From the NCBI GenBank assembly GCA_965603825.1, contig CBFDEM010000031.1, forward strand, positions 29,334 to 93,333: DNA of 64,000 nt. Reading direction: 5' to 3'. Within the stretch, counting starts at the first letter, position 1; each line of letters starts with the position of its first letter. This DNA comes from Blepharisma stoltei ATCC 30299. Its lineage: Eukaryota > Protista > Ciliophora. A model generated the notes under the pieces. That model worked only from the letters and a program-made list of their open reading frames with translations. It was not told the origin of the DNA and ran no database searches. Made by a program: the position numbers and the translations under genes. Of the stretch, positions 46,680 through 58,038 are shown piece by piece.

Positions 46680-48518
46680 TTAAATAGATAAATACCTCAT
46701 CTTCAAGCTTTCTTCGTGCTCTTTAGGAATCATTGGAATGATTTTGTCTTCTGTGCATTTTAGAACGATCACTTCTTCTTCGATTTCTACAAACCGGATA
46801 ATATAAAATCCTAGCTCCCTTATCAAAATCTGGCATTCTTCATCTTTAATGCAAGACTGCAGCACAAATTTTTCATTGACGATCGTTTTCAGAAATTCCG
46901 TGTCTTTGCAGTTCACTTTTCTTTTTGAGAATAATTTTGAAATATAAGGCAACGCATCTTGGACTGGCTTATATTTGCATATACTTCCTGAGCTCTTAAG
47001 GTTATGCTTGATAAAAGCTTTCACTCCTAGGCTTACCACTTTTAGTGACTTTTTTTTGTCGCCTTCAATAAAATCTTTCACTTCTTTCGAAACGTAAAAT
47101 ATAGTGTTCATTTTAGATCCTGCCATTGTGTATAACTGCGAAGTAGGCTCTCCTTGGTACCCATAATACTCCTTTATGCTTTGATATTCACTGCTATCCT
47201 CGTCTAATTCTATAAAAACTTTATTTCCTCCTGTGTTCATTTCACTTGATTTCTGATCTTCAAAAGCTGGATTTGGACTTCTCGGTACGTGTATAGGCCC
47301 AATTTTGTGAAAGAGGGTCACAAAAAAGCCACCTGTATTCTGGTCATGAGGGAAAATCCTAGCACATTTTTGTAAATCTTCAGAAATCCCAACAGGGAAC
47401 ATAGAAGATTTGATTGATTTTATTGATTCAGGTACCTCAGACATAGAAGAATATTCAATAAGGCTGCCTTCTTCATTTGGCCAGACCACTTTTCAACTGC
47501 CAAGCCCAGGCCTTACGATAAATCCAGGACAAATTTCCCTTAATTTTCCATGCAAGTCTACGATTTCTATATCATTAGGATGCTGTCTGAGCATTTCTGA
47601 AACAACAGCTTCGTTTTCAATAGGATTTAAAGAACATGTAGAATAGCAAAAGAACCCTCCAGGCTTGCACAGTGAAAATCCTCTATTTAAAATCAAGGTC
47701 TGCAGCTTATGAAGCCCATAGGAGTCACTTATTTTCCAGCTCCTCCATTTATCAGGGCATTTTCGTATAGCTCCATCCCCAGAGCATGGGACGTCACACA
47801 AAACCCTATCAAACTGATACCGGCTTTGCTTTGGGCCAATTCCAGGATAATGCTGAGCAGGGTGATTTGTAACAACTAGACAATTTATATTAGTTCTGTG
47901 TAGCTGATGTACCAAAGTATTGGCTCTTTTGAAATCTACATCGTTTGCCACGATTAAGCCTTGTCCTTTCATAAGCTCAATGATGTGGGCTGTTTTTGAG
48001 CCAGGCGCCGCACACATATCTAGAATATGCATCCCTGGGGAGACATCAAGAACAAGCCCTGGGATCATGCTGACCAATTCTTGGCGTGAGATTAAGCCAC
48101 AGTCGTTAGCATTTTGCAAGAATGTTTGGAGAGGTTTTATTCCTTCTATGTACTTTAATCGTGACTTTTTAGTTGAAATCTGCCAGGAAAGAGAATTAGG
48201 ATATCAAGGGACAGGCTCGATTTGAATAGGATTTAAAGAGTCATCAATCAAAGATGACAGAAAATCAGGGCTTTTCAGTTGGTTTATTAAATTTTCATGT
48301 GTGCTATGCATAGGATTTATTCGGAAGGTGGTGGGAAGCGGAGTTTGGAGGGTTTCCCAGAATCTTTGAAATTCGTCAGCGGAAAATTCAAGTTGTAAAG
48401 AATAATAAGACCTCATCAAAGAGTTTTCTTTTTCTATTGTGAAGGAATCTTCATTTTCAGCTGGCTCATTTGAAGATGCAGGAGCTGAAAGTTTCAATCT
48501 TTTATCTGGGGCTTCCAT
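46680..48518 (-). CDS. NSUN2: tRNA m5C methyltransferase NSUN2/Trm4 (612 aa)
   Basis: RQELVSMIP, LDMCAAPGSKT, DRVLCDVPCSGDG, YSTCSLNPIENE and PHDQNTGGFF; three ORF pieces joined via TGA. Confidence 0.93.
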
Positions 48519-49465
48519 TTTGTGTTTATTGTATATAAAGTTGTTTATGGAAGAGAGCTAGAATGCTAGACATTTTATTTAGTCAGAAATAGCTTGAATA
48601 ATTATTAGTTTACTTCGACTAATCACTTTAATATAATTTATTTCTATTTTCAATATAAAATACCAATTGAATAGATTATCTTTAGCATTTTAATTTAATA
48701 ATAAGCTATAATAATAAATTGAAAATAGATGGCTTTAATCCTAGTCGAACTGAAATCCAAATTTATAGTTTCAGTGTCAACCCTAAATAGCTTAAAACTT
48801 CAAGTAACCAAGTTCGAGATCGCTTCTGCAAAGAAGAATCAAAGCTAATATTTTCAATGCTATTTGTTCACTGTTACAATTTTAAAGTGCTGAACTCTCC
48901 TGGTAAGAATAAGATATCCTAAGACTAAAATAATGGCTGATTTAAGCTCAAACAGGCAAAATTGATAGTCAAGCTCTTAAATCAGAAAAATATTGCACTG
49001 AGATTGAGTGCTGCATCAGCAAGAGAAATCCATTTTCTGATATATCAAGAAGAGCCACTTTAGATATATAGCTTGGATTAAATATCCTCTACCAATTGAA
49101 CAGACAAAGAAGATTATATTTGCAGAGGGCTAATATGTATGAGCGAAATGTAGATCTAAATAATGCATCCCTAAAGTCCATCCTGAGTTCCTAATCAAAT
49201 GCAATTATTATATTTAGGCTAAATAAACTTCTGTTTCTTGTCAGCTTAAAGAGCTTCCGCTATATTTCTTTATAATATGCTCAAAATTAATACAAAAAAT
49301 TACTAATTGAATGGAATTAACTGATCATATTCCATCATTATACTGTAATCATAGTCTAGCTTTAATTGCAACAGCTATGACGCATATTTTAAGGTTTATT
49401 GTTAAATTTTTTGGTCACAATAGGTCTGATCTCAGCTGAAGTAAAATAAAACTCTGTTAAATTAA

Positions 49466-51115
49466 ATGCTAAACACAGAAAATTCTCAGCGAGTCCTTCC
49501 TTCACCGGAAGAAATCTATAGTGACAGCTCATCAGAGTCTATGAGAGGCAAGTCTGCTCATGAAACTAAAGAAAATAGTTCAGGACTTCTCTCCCGCATC
49601 AGAGCGGTTCGAGCTTCTGCAGATGAGGATTCTCAGGTTGAACTTGAGTATCACTATAAGCAGTTTCTAACAGCAATAATAATCCATACCGTTCATTCAA
49701 TCGCTGGACCAGCTTCTCTGCCTCTTTTGTTTTGGATTTATGGAAAGTACATTTGCACGAATATTGGTTTTGGGAATACCCGATTTTACTATATGGAAGT
49801 CTTGATATGGATATGAACGGTGCTGATTATTGTATTTTGGTCTGTAAATACCAAAGATTTTGAACTATGACAGTGCTTAATTTTTACAAGCATATGCACT
49901 CAGCTCCTAAGAATGACCCTTATTTCTTTAAAATACGGGTACTATACTGTTGATAGGTGGACGCTTATGGGGATGGAAATGATTCCTACAAAGAAGCTAG
50001 CAGGCGAGTTTTTAATTCATTCATGGCTTAGACTTCCAGTTGAAGTCATTGATCACGAACTAATTCAAGCTTTTAACAGGCTCAATAAGTCCCCATGCGA
50101 TCTTTGCATGACTTTTGAAATGCCGCTTGCTGATTCATGCAAAGAGTGCATGGCTAAGTATCAGGCTGAATATGGAATTGAGATCTTGCATAAAGATCCA
50201 GAACCTCATAAAGGAAACGAATGCTATTCTACGATGATTCTAGCAAGACTTATGATTGAATTTGTTGTAGAGCATACTAAGATCCGGCTCGAAGTTATCA
50301 TGCTTAAGCTTTTTGCTATTACTTATAGCCTGTTACCATTTTTGGTAAGATACCTTAAGCAGGACAAAATGCAAGGCACGGATCCTTTATTTATTATATT
50401 CGCTATATGAAGCTCTTTCATGAACTTTAGGCTTAGTTATGGCTTTATCTTATTTATTTACATTGGCGTTTTTGATTTCAGACGAAAAAAAATGCTGATG
50501 GACCAATGCTCAACCATGATTAGCGATAAGGAAATCATCGGGACGTTCTCTTATGAGCACAACACCCCATTGCTCAATATGCAAGACCCGAGAACAGTCG
50601 AGTCTTGATATTCAATGAGGCAAGCTTTCTTAGATTTTGGGAGAAAATACACTTATCGGATTTTTTTGTATGCTGGCCTTGTGCTTGCTTTATGCTTCGT
50701 TATTCTTGTTTTTGTCTTGCTGCAGCTATTTAGCCCTCAGCAGAATATAAAGAGCAGTTCTTTTACGTCCATATTCTTTTTGACTATCATTTGTCTTGGA
50801 TTTATCATTCACATGATAATATCAGGAGTCGAGCTAAACCGTGCCTTTGCTGTGCATAGGGATTTATTGCTGAATATAATGGAATTATTAGTAAAAGAGT
50901 CTGATTATAAGGACGACGATTGTACACAGTCGTCGTTGAAAATTCTTGAGCTGGAAATCAAAAAGCTTGAGCAAGATGAATTGCTGCGACCTATAAAAAT
51001 CATGGGAGTCAGAACTGATTCTGTATTTTTTGCTAAAATGTTGGCTGTATTTTTTAGTGGGGTGCTTGCAATAGGACAACTGTATCTTAAAAGCAACTCA
51101 AATAATGTTATATAA
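49466..51115 (+). CDS. PHTF-like multi-pass membrane protein, candidate 7TM ion channel superfamily, paralogue 1 (549 aa)
   Basis: Four ORF pieces in frame via TGA; about 7 hydrophobic segments; ESWYSMR and PIKIMG+TM motifs. Confidence 0.7.
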
Positions 51116-51218
51116 GTCAGTATATAAATTTAATTCGTATTTTAATTATCTGATGCTTTAAGACTTTTCTTTTCTGACTCATCCTGATGCAGCTTTTTTA
51201 TTAAAATAAAAAAATATA

Positions 51219-52865
51219 ATGCTAAATAAAGAGAAAACTAACCAAGTTAGCCCAGCAATAGAAAGAAATAGTGCAGAAGAAACAGCCCAAATGTTTCCTA
51301 AAAGTATTGAATATAATGAGAATAAAGAATATAATTCTGGCCTTATTTCTAGACTAAGAGCTATTAGATCTCAAGCAGACGAAGATACCAAAGTTGATCT
51401 TGAGTATCACTACAAGCAGTGCTTTATTGCTTTAGCAATTCATTATGCACATATATTTTTAGGCCCTATCTGCATTCCTTTGCTGTGATGGCTTTTTGGA
51501 AAACCACTGTGCACTAATCTCGGATATGGGAAAAGCAAATTTTACTGAAGAGAGTTCTCACTCTGGCTCTGGACTCTTTTAATTATCATTTTTTGATCTT
51601 TAAACTCTCAGGACTTTAGTCAATGGCAATGCTTGATTTTTACAAGTCTTTGCACTCAGTTTTTGAGGACAACCTTAATTTCTCTAAAATATGGGTATTT
51701 TACTATTGATAGGTGGAATTTGATGAGCATAGAGTTTATTGACTCTGAAAAGCTTAAATTTGAGTATATTATTACATGGATCAAAATTCCGACTGAAATT
51801 ATTGACCATGAGCTAATGCAAGCGGTTTATAGATTAAATAAGACTCCTAATGAGATTTGTGTATTATTTGATGTGCCACTGCCTGATATGTGCAAAGAAG
51901 CAATGCTCAAATTTCAGAATGATTATGGGATTGAAATCGTTCATAAGAACTTATGTCAGCATAAAGGCAATGAATGCATATCGACCTTTCTTTTTGCTAG
52001 AGCTATCATTGACTATGTCGTCCAAGTGTGCGACACAAAATTAGAAGTTAATATTATTCGGCTGCTTGCTGCATTTTACTGTACTCTACCTTTTATAGTC
52101 AGATACGTGATGTATGGCTCGATCCAAAATACTGATCCTTTGTTTATCATTTTTTCTATATATAGCTCAGTTCTGAACTACTATTTCGGCTCCTCTTTTA
52201 TGATCTTTGTTTATATAGGAGTGTTTGACTTCAGAAGGAAAAAAATGCTGATGGACGAGTGCACTGCATTAATCAGCGACGTTGAAAATAAAAATACTTT
52301 CTCTTATGAGCACAGCATACCTCTACTGAATATGAAAGATGTGAGAACAATTGAGTCGTGATATATCATGAGAAACGTTTTTTTGGATTTCGGAAGAAAA
52401 TACACATATAGGCTGTTTCTATACTGCGGTTTGGTGCTTCCTCTGTGCTTTGTGGCGCTAGGATTTGTGGTATTGCAGATTCTCAACTTAGTGAGTGGCA
52501 TTTATAGCAGCTCTTTGGTCGGAATATTTTTTTTGATTATTGTCTGTTTAATTTTCATCATTTATATGATCATCACTGGTGTAGAGCTGAATAGACTTTT
52601 TGCGGTGCATAGAGATTTGCTATTGAATATTATGGAATTTCTAGTAAAAGAAGGAGCCTATAAAAATGATGAAACACTGCAATCTGCATTAAAAATCCTT
52701 GAGCTTGAAGTCAAAAAGCTTGAACAAGATGAGCTGCTTAGACCGATAAAAATTATGGGAATGAGAACTGACTCAGTTTTCTTTGCGAAGATGCTGGCTG
52801 TCTTTTTCAGTGGTTTAGTTGCAATGGGACAGCTATATCTAAAAAATTCCGGAAGTGTGGTATAA
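51219..52865 (+). CDS. PHTF-like multi-pass membrane protein, paralogue 2 (548 aa)
   Basis: Tandem paralogue of 49466-51115, collinear over the full length; in frame via TGA. Confidence 0.7.
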
Positions 52866-53370
52866 AAGTTTGATATAAAATAATGTTTATTGTTTTGTTA
52901 AATACTTCGAGAGCTATTAATATTTATGATTTATGCTTTTGCATATAAAGGTTTTGTTTATATGATATAAATTAAATAAGTGAATTAATTTTTATAAAAA
53001 ATTATAAAATCTAGAAGCACGAATAACAGTTAGCTGCTTTTAATTTTTTTTGATTAGGAAAATACTTTCTATACGATAATCTTTATATAACTATCAAGAA
53101 GCATAAAGAAACGCCAACTACTTTTAATTTTTTTAAATTTTCAAAAACCCATTCTGCTAATTTTGAACAAAATTTAGTTTTGAAGATCCTAGCCTCTCAA
53201 ATTATAATTCACTTCTTTCATTTTTAGATTACTATTTCGTAAATATATGCGTAAAGTGACCCTTAAATTTAAAATTATTTATTCGAAGTAAATATTGTAA
53301 TAAATAATGATGGTAATTGCAGCTTTAATAGCGCTTGGCTCAATTGTCTATGCATCTGATTTGAATATGA

Positions 53371-54265
53371 GTCATAATTATGTATGATGATAGTACCACT
53401 AATATTTTTACAGTCCTTAAGCTCCTTAGGAGTTTTTAGAAGCCTAACCATTGGAACAAATTTTCATAATACAGGTAGATCTTCAGATTTTGTATATGCG
53501 CTCATTTCTAATATAAAAGTTTATCCTGGCTTCCAATTGTGAATAAAATTTGACAGGATTTTTCAATCCATGAATAGCTGAACCCACAGAATTGGACATT
53601 ATTAATAAAAATTTCCAAAATTCTCACTATATACATATATTTTAGATAATAAAAATTATTTGCAACACACAGTGATATAGGCGTTAATGCAAAATTGGTT
53701 TATACACAGAATATTATTGAATTGAAATCAATAATAGTTTCTGATAACCATTTATTGTCAATTTCTGATTATGATGAATTTCAATTTTTTGTAGGTGAAA
53801 TTTCAATGCCAGAGAAAAGAGAAATTTTATTTAGTTTCCCATGGCAATTTAATTTGGCGAAAAACAAGTGACCTTGGCATGCTTTTCTTCATATTTTAAT
53901 GAACTAGAAGACCCTTTATATGAAATTCCTTGAATTACATTAGCTGAATCTTCATGCCTATATTATAATAATTATATCAGATTTATGATACCAGAAGGAT
54001 TTGGAAGAACATTTTCTAGATGACACAGAATAAAAGTTGTAATAAAAGGTATCATAAACCCTTAATGAGGATTCAAAACTTCTCCAGGATATTGAGATTC
54101 TGCTAAGACAAGTTATTATTCAGATAAATTCGAGATAGGCATCTTAAACGCTTCAGGATAGGATTTTTAGCCAAAACCTATGGGCTGCTTCATAAAGGCT
54201 ATGTGAGGTTTATAAAATCAAATCAAACTTTCGAGTTCATTGGAAAATTTAAGTATTGTTCATAG
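53371..54265 (+). pseudogene. 5'-truncated, internally deleted pseudogene of A3
   Basis: High identity to A3, with no start, a deletion of about 165 nt, frameshifts and in-frame TAA. Confidence 0.85.
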
Positions 54266-54388
54266 GTACTAAATTATTATTTTTAATTAAAATTAAAATT
54301 TTCATGTTAGTCTCTGCTTAATGAAAAGTAAATTAATTTAATCATCTATTTTATTAACGATTTTTGGGCATAAATTATCTTGAAACGA

Positions 54389-54960
54389 ATGAAATTTATT
54401 GATCTTACCGTCTTTTTCAGTTTCTCATGTCTTATTGAATAAATAATTTATTCTGAGATTTCGCCGTACACCTCTGGCGCTGCTAGTGCTGATGTTTATT
54501 TTGCTTACTTTATAAGGCTTCTGCAAATACTGTAATTATAATATAACAGTCATTTGTTCAATGCTCAAATGACCAAATAGAAGACAATTGTTAATGCAAA
54601 TTTGATTATGCTACATGCCAATTTATAGGAATCTTCAATTGCAAAATCTGTAGAAATACCAAAAAATAAAATTATTGAAATTTATTTATCGCTCTCCATT
54701 AGGCATCACGTCTCAGGCAGCTACCCTGGATTTACAGTAACAACATCATGATCAGGCGTGACAATAGCTCAAGATTTAGACAATATGATTTCGATAAAGC
54801 CTGTCATTATATATTTCAGGAAAGCTTGAAATAAAAAATTTTGACCCAAGCTTAGCAAAATCAATTGCCAAAGGTTGAGGACTACTTCATAGTGTATACC
54901 TCGGATTTAAAAAAAGGAACAAAAGTTTTCAGCTGGCAAAGGGAGTTTTCACATTTCTTA
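54389..54960 (+). pseudogene. Second copy of the deleted A2 pseudogene
   Basis: Nearly identical to 4470-5042, with the same premature stop and the same deletion junction. Confidence 0.85.
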
Positions 54961-54985
54961 ATATTGCTCGTAAAGTAAGCTAATT

Positions 54986-55185
54986 ATGAGAAAGCACTGC
55001 AAGAAGCTAAAGAGCTTATAAAAAATATAGAGTTAAGACAAAAACAGCAGCTTGAAAATTTAAAAATAACGGAAGATGACAAAAAAAGAAAGGAAGGGGC
55101 CGATAAAACACAACAAGTAGTTGTGAAACCCAAAAATAATGCAAGGAGGAAAAACACATATAAAATCAATTATGAGCAGACGTAG
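54986..55185 (+). pseudogene. 3' fragment of the 7358-8455 gene
   Basis: EKALQEAKELIKNIELRQKQQ...YEQT* with no 5' part. Confidence 0.85.
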
Positions 55186-55590
55186 TTGCTATAAAAATCA
55201 ATAAGATTTTTAAGTAAGATTTAATTTCATGTTTTATTTTATAAAAATATTAAATGTATTTTTTATTTTGTTGTGTTTTAATTACAAAAAAGTCGAAAAT
55301 TTGTGGAATAATCCTTCCCAATGTAGAAATTAAAAACTATTTACAGATTTGGAGATATTATCTTTATTCGTTAAATTTTAATTTAATAAAAACTTCAGAT
55401 ATTTACGAAGTCTTTTGAATTATTAGTTAAATAATTTTTTTTGCCGTATAGACTAATGAGTTAATTAGCATTCTTTGCTTGAATTTTCCCACAAATGTAT
55501 AGGAAAAATCAACTATGAAATTTTTCCAAAATGGCGCAGGCGAGTCAAACGCCGACCTTTATCTATCTTTTGCGTTTGACTACTGTTGGG

Positions 55591-55918
55591 AGATTGTCAA
55601 TATGATAATAAATACATTGCGATTTGGGTGCCTTCAGAAAATACAAGGCAATTTACAAGTAATATGAGACTAAAAGTAGCAGTTGATGGTATCATGAATC
55701 CCAAATATGCTTGCAAAAACACTGGATTTGCAAGTTGGGAAAATTTTAATATAGCAGACAATGATTATGTTTCAGGGAAATTTGACATAGAAATTTTCGA
55801 CCCAAACATAGCGAGATCTATTGCTAAAAGTTGAGAAATGCGTCATAATGTGTACACAGGGCTTAACAAGCCAAACAAAAATTTCCAATTTGTCAGCAAA
55901 GCGAGTTATATTTCTTAA
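55591..55918 (+). pseudogene. 3' fragment of A2
   Basis: DCQYDNKYIAIWVP...SGKFDIEIFDP; no ATG or signal peptide. Confidence 0.8.
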
Positions 55919-55968
55919 TATTTTTAAACATTATAAGTTAATTCACCTATAAATTATAAGGCAAAAAA

Positions 55969-57429
55969 ATGATGCCTTTTCTACTCCCAGCGTTTCTTTT
56001 ATTCCTGTTTAATATGATTGAAAGTGTTATTCTTTATGAATTTATCCCAAACAATGCAGGTATATCAAAAGTTGACCTTTATATGAAATTCGGCCTAACT
56101 AAGGCACTACCAGCAGGCAGTATGATAGCAATTGGGGCAGATTTTGCAACTTATAGATATGCTGATGGCGATATAAAAGATTACTGTTGAAGCAGTATAG
56201 ACTATTTTTCATGCACAATAAGCAGTGGAATAATTCAAGTCACTACATCGTTGAGCATCCCTGCATATACTGCTATGACGTTTTATTTTGACAATTTATT
56301 TGACTTCACATCTCAATCTCCTGGAGACACTGCATTAGGATTTTCTGTCACGTCATCGTGGAATGGGGTTACTATAACAGAAGATGCCAGCAACACAAAT
56401 ATCGTCACGATTGGAGCAAGCGTAGCTGATGCCTTCACTGCTTATGGAATCGGTGCAAATAACCCAACAATAGGGGATATGACTAATTTTCGATTTATAT
56501 TTGCTACTAGTGCTGATGTAAATCCAGGCGACAATATTTTAATTAAATTTGATAGAGCTTTTAACCCATGAATTGCAGAGCCAGCAGAATTAGATATTAC
56601 AGATAGAAATGATCAAAACTTTTATTACGTAGACTGTTTTTCAGATACATTAGGAAGCATTCAATGCACAGCTGGACATTGATATTTAAACGTAACAGGC
56701 GTAACTAATACAATAAACGCAGGAACTTGATTCTATTTATGAATAAAAAAAGTATTGACACCTGACTTAAGCAATTTATATTTTAGATTTTATATTTTTA
56801 ACTCAGCTAACCAATTGAAAATCCGTTCAAGCGATGCAAATTTAAGGATAACAAACTCGCTCCCCGCAAATGCGATTGATATTAAAAGTGTAAGCCTTTC
56901 TGATAACTATCTATGGGATACTTCTAACTATTTTTTTGAATTTTACCTTGACTTTTCTCTCACTTTGACAAATGATTATTCATTTTATATTCTTTTTCCT
57001 CAGCAATATGATTTTAATTCAAATAATACAGCAATCCCTTGTACTGCCTCTTATCAGGAAGATGGAGGTTCTCTGACTCCTTGAATCACCTCACAATGCA
57101 TATATGACAATAATTATGTAATTTTCGGCATCCCCTCGAATGCGGGCTCTTATTCATTCTCTGCAACGACGAAAATAACAATATCTTTATATGGAATTGT
57201 GAACCCCAAATGAGCACAAATAAACCCATGGGGTTCTGCCTGAGGCGATACAAATTTTTATGGGGACACTTATTATCTCAGTGATAAATTTGAAATTGAG
57301 GTTTTCCAAGAATCATTGGGCAAAATTGCAGGCAGAAGTTTTGGATTAATGCATAGTGGGTATGTTGGGCTGAATAAGGCAGTTAAGCAATTTGCATTTA
57401 AATATCCTCAAGGCTGCAAAATTTATTAA
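55969..57429 (+). CDS. Intact subtelomeric paralogue of A1 (486 aa)
   Basis: Open from ATG 55969 to TAA 57427-57429 with UGA=Trp; collinear with A1 and one codon shorter. Confidence 0.88.
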
Positions 57430-58038
57430 TTCTATAATAGAGGCAAACATATCATTAATTTTAATTGAGATTTTAAAAGAAATTAATGTAAATTATGAAT
57501 AGAAAAAACTATTTTGAGCATGCTTTATTATCACTTTAAATGCAACTTAGAGGGTGCAACTTTAGTGGTATTTTTGGCCAAAAATAATGAGTTTATATAG
57601 ATAAAATCTCTCAAAATGCTTTCCTTGGATTTAAGATGACAAAATCATTTTCAAACGAACTTATTATCAAAAGATAATTTTCTTAAAATCAAAAAAAAGA
57701 GGTCTATAGATAATAAAGACTTTACGCACTCGAGAAAGGGAGAAGGATTTTTGAAAGTGCTGAAAACAATATTTTTAGTTGGGCTCAAATAGGGACGAAT
57801 AGCATTTCAGGAAATATTAATCAGTCAAGTATTTTCGTTACAAGAGTTCCTTAACTCCGTTATATATAGCAATACTCTGTGGTAATTTGATCTTGCTTCT
57901 AAGTAGGCTTCTCAAGTAGGAACCGTTTAAAATAAAGGCTTAGAATTTTAATAACGCTCTAGACCCTTAATAGTGCAATTAGTGCTCTCTCTAAAAGTTA
58001 GAATTAGTTATTACCACTATCTAATAATCAAATTTTAT

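Larger units (their letters stand above)
53371..57712 (+). repeat. Inverted, rearranged segmental duplication of about 570-7557
   Basis: Approximate blocks: 53371-54969 = rc(6228-4463, with an internal deletion); 54986-55414 = rc(7557-7123); 55474-55577 = rc(6598-6497); 55591-57712 = rc(2679-570). Confidence 0.92.

Noticed and set aside
17609-48225. Many short antisense ORFs in the track (e.g. 17609-18148, 19972-20388, 28403-28858, 47920-48225)
   Set aside because: They are shadows of well-supported genes on the opposite strand.
48775-48790. TGTCA-ACCCTAAA resembling a ciliate telomerase RNA template region
   Set aside because: It reads CCCTAAAT, not CCCTAACA, and I see no supporting structure.
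48730-49200. Coding-like intergenic stretch
   Set aside because: The frames I read contain TAA/TAG stops and no recognisable motif; possibly a gene relic, but unsupported.
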